Assembly: GCA_945860415.1 (NCBI GenBank)
Contig: CAMAQA010000001.1
Location: forward strand, 29,304 to 93,303
Reading direction: 5' to 3'
Length of the DNA stretch: 64,000 bases
Source: Bacteriovorax stolpii
GTDB taxonomy: Bacteria > Bdellovibrionota > UBA1018
The translations under genes were made by a program, and so were the position numbers. Positions 1 through 9,848 of the stretch are shown one piece after another. A model generated the notes under the pieces. It saw only the letters and a program-made list of their open reading frames with translations. It had not been told where the DNA came from and did not search any database. How positions within the stretch are numbered: the stretch's first letter is position 1; each line of letters begins with the position of its first letter.

Positions 1-85
1 CGAAGCCCCGAACGGTGGTTCATTTTCGGTCGTCAGAACGGGGGGCGATTATCGGGACGATGGAGATTTTGCTCTGACCAGCGGC

Positions 86-1108
86 ATGGTGGGCACTGCC
101 TACTCCACGCCGGACGTCTCCTTCCTGCTTTCAGATGGCGCAATCGATTTCGTACGTGGTGATCGGTTCAGCTTCACCATCACCGCTGACGAGCTACCGA
201 ACGGTCTGTCGGAGGGCACCTCCTACACCGTCACTACACGGACATCGACTTCGGTTGTAATCAGTCCGGCGTCCGGCGGCACGACCTTGAACGACAATTT
301 AGCCGTAGGCACTTTTGTGTTTGGCCTTGCGCCATCGGATGGGATCACCCTGAACACGGGCGCAGCCATCCATCCGGTTTCAGGCGCCGCTACCTGCGAC
401 TACGATTACTCGACCGCGGGCGGCCTGAACTGCTGCTCGGGTAGCTACACGCTCTACAACGAGACCGTGGGACAAGCTTCGCGTCCGGCGGGTTCGGTGC
501 AGGCTTGGGGCGGCCGATCCGCCAACTGCCTCGCAGGCCCGGCCATGGACTCGCAGTCGAAAACCGCATCGGGCTTTCCGCTGGGATCGCTGTTTGATGT
601 GGCCGACACCGGAAAGAACGACGTCTACTCGATCAACCCGAGCAGCCCGATCGACGGCAAGAGCTTGCGGCAGGCAAACTACACCCGGATCACCTTGACC
701 GGAGACAGCGATGGGCCGGTCGGGATGCAGAAATTCGAAGGCTATCGTCCGACTCGCCACTACGAATTCATCTGCTACGACAGCGCGCAGGAGCAGAAGG
801 CGAAGATCCGGGTGCAGATTCGTGAGTGGAACGACTCGACGAAGCTGGCCAACTATCAGGCTTGCGTCACGGCCGATACGGCGGGCACGAACTGTGACGG
901 ACTCCATCCTGATAACAACGGCGATGCCGGTCCCGACACGACCACCGGCGATGTGGCCGGATGTCCGCTCAACGACTCGCACGATTGGGACGATATCAGC
1001 GCGCTCTTTCCGGATGAGGCTTCTGGCGCATCGGCCTGCACGATGTCGCTCAAGGGCTGGCTGAAGTCGGTGAAGGCGCAGGGCTTCTTGAAGGACTACC
1101 TGAAGTAA
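86..1108 (+). CDS. Hypothetical Thr/Gly/Cys-rich protein; the frame is open back to base 2, so the gene may start upstream of the window
   Basis: Long ORF with no stop in-frame upstream to the window edge. Composition Thr/Gly/Asp-rich with a CC pair and about 10 Cys. No family motif recognised. Confidence 0.35.
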   Translation: MVGTAYSTPDVSFLLSDGAIDFVRGDRFSFTITADELPNGLSEGTSYTVTTRTSTSVVISPASGGTTLNDNLAVGTFVFGLAPSDGITLNTGAAIHPVSGAATCDYDYSTAGGLNCCSGSYTLYNETVGQASRPAGSVQAWGGRSANCLAGPAMDSQSKTASGFPLGSLFDVADTGKNDVYSINPSSPIDGKSLRQANYTRITLTGDSDGPVGMQKFEGYRPTRHYEFICYDSAQEQKAKIRVQIREWNDSTKLANYQACVTADTAGTNCDGLHPDNNGDAGPDTTTGDVAGCPLNDSHDWDDISALFPDEASGASACTMSLKGWLKSVKAQGFLKDYLK

Positions 1109-1145
1109 TCGGGCAGGCGCCGCCCGGCTGTGCCGGGGCGGGCGC

Positions 1146-2126
1146 TTACTCGAGCGCCATCAGGCTCAGGAATTCGAACACAAGCGCCGCGCCCAGGAGC
1201 GACGTCAGCTCGGCGTGGTCATACGGAGGCGAAATCTCGACCACGTTGGCGCCGCAGATCGATAGTCCGCGGAGCTTGCGCACGCTCTCAAGAGCCTCGC
1301 GCGAGGTCATTCCTCCCACGACTGGAGTTCCTGTGCCCGGAGCGTAGGCTGGATCCACGCCGTCGACATCGAAGGTGAGGTAAACGGGGCGTCGCTTTCC
1401 TTTCCCGCCTTTTGACGCCTTCGAATGGATCAGGTGGAAGAACTGCTCGCGTTTTTTCAGGTCGTAGAACGCATCGATGTCGAGGATATTGATCTTCTGC
1501 TCGCGACAGTACTCCTCCTGGTCGGCCGCGGTCAGTGGGCCGCGAATACCGATCTGGTAGATGTCGCTTCCGCTGAGCAGTCCTTCTTCGATCGCACGCC
1601 GAACCGGCGTGCCGTGATGGTATTTTTCTCCCCAGGCACCATCGGCCGTGTCCGTGTGGGCGTCGAACTGCACCAGAATCGGTTTACCGAACTTTTCGTG
1701 GATGGCGCGAAGCTCTGGAAGCAGGATCGAATGATCGCCGCCCACGAGGATGGCGCGAGCCCCCGCCTCGTGCACCTCGCGAACTCGCTTTTCGATGTTC
1801 TTGAAGGTGGCCTGGAGGTTCAAGGGGTTGACCGAGATGTCACCCCCATCTACCACGTTCAACTGGTCGTAGACCTGGACTCCGAGGGTCGGGTGAAAAT
1901 TGCGGTTCAGGGCCGAGGCTTCACGGACGGCCCGAGGTGCGAAGCGGGCTCCGGGACGGTAGCTGGTGCCTCCGTCGAACGGCACTCCGAGAATCGCCAC
2001 ATCGACCTGCTTTCCTTTCAAATCAGGCAGATACGGGAGCCGATTGAACGTGGCCACATCGCCGAAACGGGGGCTCACCAGGGGGTTCTTGGGGCGATAG
2101 TCGGCCGGGCTCGAGGAGGGTTTCAT
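1146..2126 (-). CDS. speB: Agmatinase / arginase-family ureohydrolase
   Basis: Mn-binding ureohydrolase motifs GGDHS, DAHTD and DVDGVDP. The N-terminal region LGVPFDGGTSYRPGARFAPRAVREAS is typical of agmatinase. Confidence 0.8.
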   Translation of the reverse strand: MKPSSSPADYRPKNPLVSPRFGDVATFNRLPYLPDLKGKQVDVAILGVPFDGGTSYRPGARFAPRAVREASALNRNFHPTLGVQVYDQLNVVDGGDISVNPLNLQATFKNIEKRVREVHEAGARAILVGGDHSILLPELRAIHEKFGKPILVQFDAHTDTADGAWGEKYHHGTPVRRAIEEGLLSGSDIYQIGIRGPLTAADQEEYCREQKINILDIDAFYDLKKREQFFHLIHSKASKGGKGKRRPVYLTFDVDGVDPAYAPGTGTPVVGGMTSREALESVRKLRGLSICGANVVEISPPYDHAELTSLLGAALVFEFLSLMALE

Positions 2127-2192
2127 GTGCCCGAGATCATAGGTGAAAAACCCGTTGACTTCAACTTGGCCATCTTATAGTTCCAGCCGTCT

Positions 2193-2708
2193 ATGTTGCA
2201 GAAGAAGACGTACCAAGGAAAGCAGAAGGGCCCTCATTATTTCGAGAATAAGGGGCCGAACGCGCCCAAGTGGTATGTGGTGGACGCCAAGGACCAGGTC
2301 CTCGGCCGCCTCGCTACCGTCATTGCGCGTGCCATCATCGGCAAGACCAAGACGACCTACACCCGTCATGCAGATACGGGCGATTTCGTCGTTGTGCTGA
2401 ACGCCGACAAGATCGTGCTCACCGGAAACAAGGAAACCGGCAAGCTTTATCGCCGTCATACCGGCTACGTGGGCGGACTCAAGACCGCTACCGCTGCTCA
2501 GATGCGCGCACGTCACCCGGATGAAATCATTCGCCTGGCTGTGTGGGGCATGACGAACAAGTCGAGCCTCGCCCGTCACCAGATGAAGAAGCTGAAGGTG
2601 TTCGCTGGAGCCGAGCATCCGCACGCCGCCCAGAACCCGCAGCCGCTGCCGATGGGCACTGTCCGTCGCACGAACCTGGCCAAGGCGACGAAGGCCGCTG
2701 CCAAGTAA
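2193..2708 (+). CDS. rplM: 50S ribosomal protein L13
   Basis: WYVVDAKDQVLGRLA...VVLNADKI is the L13 signature. It lies 17 nt upstream of rpsI, the conserved rplM-rpsI pair. The annotated start may carry a short N-terminal extension; the true start is uncertain. Confidence 0.9.
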   Translation: MLQKKTYQGKQKGPHYFENKGPNAPKWYVVDAKDQVLGRLATVIARAIIGKTKTTYTRHADTGDFVVVLNADKIVLTGNKETGKLYRRHTGYVGGLKTATAAQMRARHPDEIIRLAVWGMTNKSSLARHQMKKLKVFAGAEHPHAAQNPQPLPMGTVRRTNLAKATKAAAK

Positions 2709-2725
2709 TTTAAAAGGAAGTATTC

Positions 2726-3124
2726 ATGGAAAAGCAGACCCACAAAGTTGGTAAGAGAAAGACGGCGGTTGCCCGCGTCTACATCCGCCCCCGCGCGGGC
2801 GAAGAAGGTGTGATCCTGGTCAATGGCCGTGAATTCGCCGAGTACTTTCCGCGCCCGACCAGCCGCATGATGATCATGCAGGCTCTCGAAATGACCTCGC
2901 TGGTTGGCCGTTATGACATCAAGATCAACGTCAAGGGCGGCGGTAAGTCTGGCCAGGCAGGAGCTGTTCGTCACGGCATCTCCCGCGGCCTGATCCGCAT
3001 CGACCCGGCGCTCCGTCCGATCCTGAAGAAGGCCGGATTCCTGACTCGCGACAGCCGCGAAGTCGAGCGCAAGAAGTACGGTCTCGCCGGCGCTCGCCGT
3101 CGTTACCAGTACTCGAAGCGTTAA
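2726..3124 (+). CDS. rpsI: 30S ribosomal protein S9
   Basis: C-terminal [17 protein letters not shown] and [10 protein letters not shown] are canonical S9 motifs. Confidence 0.95.
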   Translation: MEKQTHKVGKRKTAVARVYIRPRAGEEGVILVNGREFAEYFPRPTSRMMIMQALEMTSLVGRYDIKINVKGGGKSGQAGAVRHGISRGLIRIDPALRPILKKAGFLTRDSREVERKKYGLAGARRRYQYSKR

Positions 3125-3186
3125 TTCTTGCTGGGTGGCTCGCGCCACCCCGGCAAGACTCTTACGACTCTGCAACATCGACGGCT

Positions 3187-3215
3187 CGGCGAGAAATCGC
3201 CGGGCCGTTTTTTTT
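3187..3215 (+). terminator. Rho-independent terminator after rpsI
   Basis: Perfect stem CGGCGA-gaaa-TCGCCG followed by a T8 run. Confidence 0.55.
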
Positions 3216-3236
3216 GATTCCCGGAGACGGCCCGCC

Positions 3237-3887
3237 TCACGCCGCGGGCGCGTCCAACTGCTCTTCGGCTTCCATCGCGAGCAGGTAGTACTCGAGGATT
3301 CGCCCGTACTCGTGAGCCGCCTTGATGTGCTCGGCGTGGAGCAGTTCATTTTCGACCGGCGTGGAGGCGAGGTGAGCCAGATGGCTCCTGCCGCGCTCTA
3401 GAAGACGTAGCGGCTCAGAAGGGGTGCTCTTGCCATGCTGCCTGCGGAGTTTCTGTGCCGCTGAGTCGAGAAGAGCCTGTGCCGTTTCTCGAGTCTCGGC
3501 GTGCAGATGAAACTCCGTCCGGGCATGAGGGAGGCAGGGCAGGACCTCGGAATGAGGTTCGAGGTAATCGATCTTCGCCTCGTGCCAGCAGGCCAGCGCC
3601 AAATGCTTGACGACTCGGGCCCAGCGCTCCGCCGCCAATCGTGCCTGGGGCGTGTTGCGTTGATAGTAGCTGAGGGCTTTTTGATACAGGGCAAAGACCA
3701 GGGATGAGTCCACTCCAGGAATGGGGCGGCGCTCCCACTCATGCGTCACGCCTGTCTCGATGCAGCTGTTGTAGGCGCGCTTCAATTCGACTTCAGCGTT
3801 GTCGGGCAGGAGGCTCTCTTCATCCATGGGCTCGGGTGGTGCAAGGGGCTCGCCCGGCCCGGCGCGGTCGCAAAAGCGATAGGTCAC
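3237..3887 (-). CDS. Hypothetical His-rich protein. The track start is a GTG at 3887; an ATG 20 codons in (about 3827) is an alternative
   Basis: Minus-strand ORF divergent from the DUF1704 gene. Multiple His/Glu clusters (HEWE, WHEAK, HLHAE, HAEH). No family assigned. Confidence 0.4.
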   Translation of the reverse strand: MTYRFCDRAGPGEPLAPPEPMDEESLLPDNAEVELKRAYNSCIETGVTHEWERRPIPGVDSSLVFALYQKALSYYQRNTPQARLAAERWARVVKHLALACWHEAKIDYLEPHSEVLPCLPHARTEFHLHAETRETAQALLDSAAQKLRRQHGKSTPSEPLRLLERGRSHLAHLASTPVENELLHAEHIKAAHEYGRILEYYLLAMEAEEQLDAPAA

Positions 3888-3898
3888 GCGCTGCCCCT

Positions 3899-5206
3899 AT
3901 GTCATCCTTGGAGAACATGGTCTGGGTCACCACGAAGGAGAAGATCAAGCGGCTTTCGCGGCGCCTAGTCGAGGCGCAGAAGCCGATTCGCATCCTTGAC
4001 TCCATCAAGTGGGATTCCTCGATCGAAGAGGTGCTGCGCAAGGGCAAGTTCCGGCAAATGCCGAAGATCGGCCCTGACCACTACCAGAAGCGTCCGCTGT
4101 CGTTTGATCCGGAAAAGAAGATCGAGGAATTCGCCGACATCATTCAGGACATTCGGCTGAGCCTGGGCAAGGACGACGAGCTGGCTCCGCTCCTGATCTC
4201 GATCTGCGAGCAGTACCAGGATGTGGTCCGGATGCTCCAGTCTCGCGGAACGAAGCAGTTCTGGGAGTACAGCCGCAAGCTCTACGGCTCACCGAAAGAT
4301 CCTCTGGTCGGCGAGAAAACCCGTGTCTGCGATCTGGGAAAAGTTCTCTACGAGATCCTGTCGGGGCTGGATGATTCACTGGGGGCGGATTACCCCAAGG
4401 AGCTCCAGGCCCAGGAAGTGGTCGACGAGTTGAATCGCCGCTTTGCGGTGTACTTCAAGGGCGAGAGTGTCCAGGCGAAGATTTCAGACGGCATCCTGGC
4501 CGATGCCGCCGCCGGGGGCGATACCGTCAAGATCAAGGAAGGGGCGCTCTTTTCAAAGCGTGAGATCGACATCCTCGAGGTCCACGAGGGATGGGTGCAT
4601 GTCGGTACGACGATCAACGGCAATTCGCAGCATCTGGCAAGCTGGCTATCCAAGGGACCGCCCCGCTGCTCGGCCACCCAGGAGGGGCTTGCCGTGCTCC
4701 TCGAGATCTTCACGTTCAGGAGCTATCCTCGGCGCGCGCGGCAGATCAACGACCGGATCCTCGGCATCGACAAGGCCGAGGACGGAGCCAATATCCTCGA
4801 GTTGATCGAGTTCTACCGTGTGGAAGGCTACTCCGAGGACGAGTGCCTGTTCAATGCCCTCAGGGTCTACCGGGGGGGGCTGGTCGAGGGGGGGGCTCCC
4901 TTCACCAAGGACATCTCCTACTGCAAGGGTTTCGTCGAAAACTACAATTTCATTCGGGCGGCCATTCGCGCAGGGCACCCGGAGTTGATTCCCTTCCTCT
5001 TTGTTGGCAAACTTTCCGTGGACGATGTTCCGCTGCTGTATCGCAAGCACAAGGAGGGAATCGTGGATTCTCCACTCTTCCTTCCTCCGCAGTTTGCGGA
5101 CTTGAACGGAATCGCCGTCTGGATGAGTTTTTCAAGCTTCCTGAGCCGAGTGGATCTGGCCAAGGTTCAGGACCATTACAACAAGCTTTTCCAGCAGTAC
5201 GTCTGA
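3899..5206 (+). CDS. DUF1704 'flavohemoglobin expression-modulating QEGLA motif' family protein (putative Zn carboxypeptidase, MATCAP-like)
   Basis: Contains the literal QEGLA motif and a VHEGWVHVGT (HExxxH) metal-binding motif. The ATG at 3899 lies 65 codons into the longer track ORF (3704), giving a normal-sized protein with a 71-nt divergent intergenic region. Confidence 0.7.
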   Translation: MSSLENMVWVTTKEKIKRLSRRLVEAQKPIRILDSIKWDSSIEEVLRKGKFRQMPKIGPDHYQKRPLSFDPEKKIEEFADIIQDIRLSLGKDDELAPLLISICEQYQDVVRMLQSRGTKQFWEYSRKLYGSPKDPLVGEKTRVCDLGKVLYEILSGLDDSLGADYPKELQAQEVVDELNRRFAVYFKGESVQAKISDGILADAAAGGDTVKIKEGALFSKREIDILEVHEGWVHVGTTINGNSQHLASWLSKGPPRCSATQEGLAVLLEIFTFRSYPRRARQINDRILGIDKAEDGANILELIEFYRVEGYSEDECLFNALRVYRGGLVEGGAPFTKDISYCKGFVENYNFIRAAIRAGHPELIPFLFVGKLSVDDVPLLYRKHKEGIVDSPLFLPPQFADLNGIAVWMSFSSFLSRVDLAKVQDHYNKLFQQYV

Positions 5207-5269
5207 CCCGAAAGGGAATGACGCCAGGAAAAGCAGCCAGGCAGCCCAACGATCGAAAGGACGGTTGGC

Positions 5270-6088
5270 ATGAGAAAGTTCCACATGAAGGCGGTACTCG
5301 CAGTGACCTTCGGACTCCTTGCGGGAGGAGTGGCCAGTGCGGCGGTAATCGCCACGGTGAACCAGAAGCAGCTGACCGACGGAGACTTGAAGTCTGCCCT
5401 GGGCCAGTTCAATGAAGGCCAGCGCAACAACATCCTCAAGGATCCTACGAATCGCCGCCAGCTGCTGCTGAGCATGATCGACCAGGAGCTCCTGAACCAG
5501 GAAGCCGAGAAGCAGAAGATCGGCGAAGACGAGCAGATCAAGATGGCAGTCGACGCTTTTCGTCGCCAGCAGATGGTGGCCCGCCTACTTGAAAAGAATC
5601 TCGCCAGCCGCGTGACCCAGGCGGCAGCACGCAAGTTCTACGACCAGAACAAGCTGCTCTTCAATACGGACCAGGTGCGTGCGCAGCACATCCTCGTCTC
5701 GACCGATACTGAAGCTCGCGAGGTCCTGAAGAAGGCCAATGATCCGAAGGCCGATTTCCAGAAGCTTGCCGAACAACTCTCCAAGGATCCTTCGGCGAAG
5801 AATAACCGTGGCGAGCTGGGCTTCTTTGCGCGCGACCAGCTGGATCCGGAATTCACGAAGGCGGCCTTCGGTGCGAACGCAGGTGCGATCGTCGGACCGA
5901 TCAAGACCGTCTACGGCTATCACCTGATCAAGGTGCTGGAAAAGAAGCCGGGCAAGACCCTGAGCTTCGAGGAGGCCGAAATGAAGGCCACCGGATTGGT
6001 CCGCCAGAAGCTGGGCCAGGAGTACCTGACCAAGCTCCGCGATCAGGCCAAGATCCAGATCGAAGAAAAGACCCTGGAAAAGCTCTGA
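5270..6088 (+). CDS. Parvulin-type peptidyl-prolyl cis-trans isomerase (PpiC/SurA-like), secreted
   Basis: Signal peptide followed by a PpiC domain (HILV...GELGFF...GYHLIKV). Confidence 0.8.
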   Translation: MRKFHMKAVLAVTFGLLAGGVASAAVIATVNQKQLTDGDLKSALGQFNEGQRNNILKDPTNRRQLLLSMIDQELLNQEAEKQKIGEDEQIKMAVDAFRRQQMVARLLEKNLASRVTQAAARKFYDQNKLLFNTDQVRAQHILVSTDTEAREVLKKANDPKADFQKLAEQLSKDPSAKNNRGELGFFARDQLDPEFTKAAFGANAGAIVGPIKTVYGYHLIKVLEKKPGKTLSFEEAEMKATGLVRQKLGQEYLTKLRDQAKIQIEEKTLEKL

Positions 6089-6101
6089 TTTTGGAACGAA
6101 A

Positions 6102-6143
6102 GAGCCCGCCCTGGCTTGCGCCGGGGCGGGCTCTTTTTATTTT
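6102..6143. terminator. Rho-independent terminator in a convergent intergenic region
   Basis: GAGCCCGCC...GGCGGGCTC stem followed by TTTTTATTTT; an A-run precedes the stem, so it could act in both directions. Confidence 0.6.
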
Positions 6144-6161
6144 GACCTGGGGATTCCGAGA

Positions 6162-7694
6162 TCAGGATCCAGGATTGCTCGAGGCAGGGTCGGCCTTCCC
6201 CGTGAACTGGCGGGCATTGATTCCGTATTTCTCGAGCTTTCGAAGCAGCGTCTTTTTCGGAATGTTCGCGTGAAGGGCGGTCTGGTTGATCCGTCCCTTG
6301 AAGGCCTTCAGGGCGCTGATCAGGAACTGCCGTTCGAACTCCTCCTTGCTCGCCTGGAAGTCGAGCTTCTGGACCGAAAGCTTGAAGCCCACGTCGATGG
6401 TCGACGGAGTATCGGAGTCGAGCACGGACTCGTCCGAGTCATCCGCATCGGTGCCGGTCACGTCATCTGGAGAGTCCATGAGCCGTCGTCCCGTGATGCT
6501 CGCCGGCATGCTGTCACGAGAGATCTGGTTGCCGGTTTCGATGACAAAAGCATGCTCGATGACGTTCTCGAGCTCGCGGATGTTGCCAGGCCAGGAGTGC
6601 GACTTCAGCAGCTCGAGAGCATCAGCTTCGACGCCGAGGATCATCTTGAGCCCGGGACGGCGTTCGGTTGAAACACCCGAAGCCTGCCGGTGCTGCTGGT
6701 TGAACTTCTCGATGAAGTACTTGATGAGATGTTCGATGTCATTCCGCCTCTCGCGAAGCGGCGGAAGCTGCACTGGAAGCACGTTGAGCCGGTAGAACAG
6801 GTCTTCGCGGAACTGGCCCTGCCGGATCATCTCCTCGAGGTTGCGGTTGGTCGCTGCCACTATCCGAACATCGACTTCGATTTCGCGATTTGCTCCGACC
6901 GGAGTGAATCGCTTGGTCTGCAGGGCGCGCAGGAGCTTGACCTGCATTCCCGCCGAGATGTCGCCGATTTCATCAAGGAACAGGGTGCCGCCGTCGGCAT
7001 ACTGGAACTTGCCGATTTTGCGCTGGTCCGCACCGGTGAACGCCCCCTTCTCGTGTCCGAAAAACTCGCTTTCAATCAGATTCTCGGGAATCGCCGAGCA
7101 GTTCACGGTGACAAACCGGTTATCCTTGCGCGGACTGTTGTAGTGCAGAGCCTGTGCAACGAGCTCCTTGCCCGTGCCGCTCTCGCCCCGGATCAGCACG
7201 GCGGTTTCGACTCGCGACAGCTTGTCGATGACCGAGAACACGCGCTTCATTTCGGAACTCTGGCCCACGAACTCCGTGCCGTTCGGCATCTTGAAGACTG
7301 GCGCAGAGAGGGCGACTCCCTTGACCAGATTGTGAGCCTTGAGCGCCTTGTCGACCATGTAGACCAGGTTCTCGGCCTTGATCGGCTTCTCGAGATAGTT
7401 GTAAGCGCCCTGCCGCGTGGCTTCGATGGCATCGCGCACATTCGCGAAAGCGGTCAGGATGATGACAATGATCGATGGATCATAGGCCTTGATCTCGCGA
7501 AGCGCCTCGATTCCGGATAGGCGTGGCATGTTCACGTCCATCAGTACGAGGTTGTAGCGCCCCGCCTGCACCTTGTTCACGGCCTCCTCGCCATCCGAGG
7601 CCTGGTCGACCGTGTAGTCGCTCTCGGAGAGCGCTGAGGTCACCGATAACCGAAGATCGGCATCGTCATCGACGACAAGAACCTTGAACTTCAT
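6162..7694 (-). CDS. Sigma-54-dependent Fis-family response regulator (NtrC-like)
   Basis: Receiver domain with DDD...D...K. AAA+ domain with GESGTGKE, the GAFTGA sigma-54 contact motif and an Arg finger. C-terminal Fis-type HTH. The 4-nt ATGA overlap with the upstream kinase indicates an operon. Confidence 0.9.
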   Translation of the reverse strand: MKFKVLVVDDDADLRLSVTSALSESDYTVDQASDGEEAVNKVQAGRYNLVLMDVNMPRLSGIEALREIKAYDPSIIVIILTAFANVRDAIEATRQGAYNYLEKPIKAENLVYMVDKALKAHNLVKGVALSAPVFKMPNGTEFVGQSSEMKRVFSVIDKLSRVETAVLIRGESGTGKELVAQALHYNSPRKDNRFVTVNCSAIPENLIESEFFGHEKGAFTGADQRKIGKFQYADGGTLFLDEIGDISAGMQVKLLRALQTKRFTPVGANREIEVDVRIVAATNRNLEEMIRQGQFREDLFYRLNVLPVQLPPLRERRNDIEHLIKYFIEKFNQQHRQASGVSTERRPGLKMILGVEADALELLKSHSWPGNIRELENVIEHAFVIETGNQISRDSMPASITGRRLMDSPDDVTGTDADDSDESVLDSDTPSTIDVGFKLSVQKLDFQASKEEFERQFLISALKAFKGRINQTALHANIPKKTLLRKLEKYGINARQFTGKADPASSNPGS

Positions 7695-9742
7695 GAGGTT
7701 TCTCCCTTTGCTTGGATCGAAGTTTTCCGGCTGGAAATCAGCAGGCCCGGCGCCTTGCCGGTGCGTGCGTGACTCTGTGGAGTTGCCGGGGCCGCGAGAT
7801 CAGTTCGGAGGCGAATGGTGAAGGTGCTTCCCTGGCCAAGCTCGCTGGCCACCTGCACTTCTCCGGCATGTGCTTCAATGAAGTATTTCGTGAGGTACAG
7901 GCCCAGTCCCGATCCACCGACCTTGGCGGTGGCCTCGTTCTTGGCGCGGAAGAACTTCTTGAAGACGTTTTCAAGGTCGGCCGGGCTCATGCCGACTCCC
8001 TGGTCTCGGACGCGGATTTCGACCCAGTCTCCAAGATCGCGTGTCTCGAGATAGATGGTCGACCCTGATGGGCTGTACTTGACCGCATTGTCCACGAGGT
8101 TGTGCAGGACCTTCTGGATGAGCGAAGGATCGAGCCGTATCGGAAAGAGCGGCTCGAGCTCAAGCTCGATCCTGCAGTTCTTTGCTCGCGCCGGAGCCTT
8201 GAAAGTCTCGGCGCATTTTTCAATCAGCTGGTTGACATCCTTGGACTCGAGTCGCGGCAGGAGCTTCGAGCTTTCAATCTTCGCGAGCTCGAGGATGCTC
8301 GAGATGAATCGATTGAGCTCGTCCGTGGATCCGATGATGTGACGAAGGCTTTCCTGGTCGCGCTCGGTCAGGCGAATGGAGGCCTTCATCAGCAACACTT
8401 CAGCCAGTCCCTGGATGCGCGCTACAGGAGTTTTCAGGTCATGCGTCACCAGTGAAAGGAAGTTCGTCTTGAGTTCCTCGACCTGGACGAGCAGCTCATT
8501 CTTGCGCTGGTACTCCCAGCGCTTCCGGTACTCGCGGATCAGGCGATAAGGAACGGCAATGTAGTACGAGATCAGGATTCCGAGAGAAGGGTGCGCGGTG
8601 TCTAGCCAGATGCCGAGCGAGCCCGCCCAGCCATTGAAAAGGAGGAGCGAGGCCAGCCAGAGCAGGCCGATGGCCGCAAAGCTTGCAGCCACTCCGACCA
8701 GCGGCGTGGAATTCATCACCCAGGCAATGACGGTGGCCGAGGCGGCGAAGGTCGTCGCCACCTTCATCCATTCGGGAAGGCGCTCGAGGCCGTCATTCCT
8801 GACCACCGAATCGAAGATCGTGGCGTGGATGGCGAGCTTGGGAGTGGTGAACGAGTCGCTCGAGTAGGGAGTAAAGGCGAAGTCCGAGGAGTCTTCACGT
8901 ACCGACGTACCGACGAGCACCACCTTGTCCTGGAGCGCGGCAGCGGCGACGCGCCCTTCGATCACGTCCTCGAAAGACAGCGTGAGATACGGCATTTCGG
9001 ATTTGGCACGATTTCGCGGCATCGCCGGGTTGCCATGATAACGAAAGTAGAAGTACTGCGCGTCGATCTCTGGAAGCTCGAAGCTGCCGCGTGGAGCGAA
9101 ATCATGCGGGGCAAGACCTGCCTCCGCGGCCAGAAGCGAATGGAATACCGGCCGATCGTACAGCGAGGTGAGCGCACGACGCGTGACCTTGTCTCCTGCG
9201 AAGACATTTCCATCCTTGTGGATCAGCGCGAGTCCATGGGGAAGGGTGCTCAACGGATACGGTGGGACCACTTCTCCGGTGACGTCAAACGGAGTGCCGA
9301 CAACCACCGGAATGGATCGCGCCCGGAGGGCTTCGAAGGCCCTCACCATCCTCTGAGAGGAGTCGAGGCGTGCCGCACCGGACTCGAGCTGCGCCGCGCG
9401 CGACAGATTCGCGAGATAGCCGACGGCCCTGGGGCGGTAGCGTTCGAGCGCCTCGAGGAAGCGGGCATGCGAGCGCAGGCTCAGGGGTGAAATTTCCTGG
9501 AACGCCGAAAGAGTGGAGTCGTCGATCGTGACGAGCACGATGTCGCGCGAGGGCTCGGACTGCCAGCCGTGCCGGACCCGGAGATCCAGCATCGCGGCTT
9601 CTATCGCGTGAAAATCAAAATGGACGAGCACGCCCGTGATGCAGGTGGAGGCCAGCGTCGTGATGACCACGACCTCGCGGGCACGCGCCAGTCGAAGGCC
9701 CCGACGCAGGAATCTGGCAATGGTCTCGCTGAATACACTCAT
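7691..9742 (-). CDS. CHASE2-domain sensor histidine kinase
   Basis: N-terminal TM segment, a periplasmic-type domain of about 300 aa, three clustered TM helices, then HisKA (H-box LVTHDLKTP) and HATPase (DNAVKY...GGSGLGL). Confidence 0.8.
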   Translation of the reverse strand: MSVFSETIARFLRRGLRLARAREVVVITTLASTCITGVLVHFDFHAIEAAMLDLRVRHGWQSEPSRDIVLVTIDDSTLSAFQEISPLSLRSHARFLEALERYRPRAVGYLANLSRAAQLESGAARLDSSQRMVRAFEALRARSIPVVVGTPFDVTGEVVPPYPLSTLPHGLALIHKDGNVFAGDKVTRRALTSLYDRPVFHSLLAAEAGLAPHDFAPRGSFELPEIDAQYFYFRYHGNPAMPRNRAKSEMPYLTLSFEDVIEGRVAAAALQDKVVLVGTSVREDSSDFAFTPYSSDSFTTPKLAIHATIFDSVVRNDGLERLPEWMKVATTFAASATVIAWVMNSTPLVGVAASFAAIGLLWLASLLLFNGWAGSLGIWLDTAHPSLGILISYYIAVPYRLIREYRKRWEYQRKNELLVQVEELKTNFLSLVTHDLKTPVARIQGLAEVLLMKASIRLTERDQESLRHIIGSTDELNRFISSILELAKIESSKLLPRLESKDVNQLIEKCAETFKAPARAKNCRIELELEPLFPIRLDPSLIQKVLHNLVDNAVKYSPSGSTIYLETRDLGDWVEIRVRDQGVGMSPADLENVFKKFFRAKNEATAKVGGSGLGLYLTKYFIEAHAGEVQVASELGQGSTFTIRLRTDLAAPATPQSHARTGKAPGLLISSRKTSIQAKGETS

Positions 9743-9848
9743 CCGTTGCTCATTTAGAGCAACCGGCGTTCCAGCGCTTCAAGGTATGATTTTTCAGGGC
9801 ATTTCGGCTCGGTGCCGAATCGCCACTGTCCAAGGTTTTGACACCTGC

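Noticed and set aside
380-982. Short-to-medium antisense ORFs (380-982 -, 711-1064 +) overlapping the first hypothetical gene
   Set aside because: Arg/Ala-rich low-complexity translations typical of wrong-frame reading of GC-rich DNA; no motifs.
3704-3898. N-terminal extensions of longest ORFs (3704 for DUF1704, 33178 for kdsA, 58708 for rimK, 52543-52959 for the HExxH gene, 50368-50469 for the GHMP kinase, 43499 for fdx2)
   Set aside because: The extensions are Arg/Pro-rich, overlap neighbouring genes or conserved upstream genes, and homolog N-termini begin at the internal Met. They are treated as artefacts rather than frameshifts or pseudogenes.
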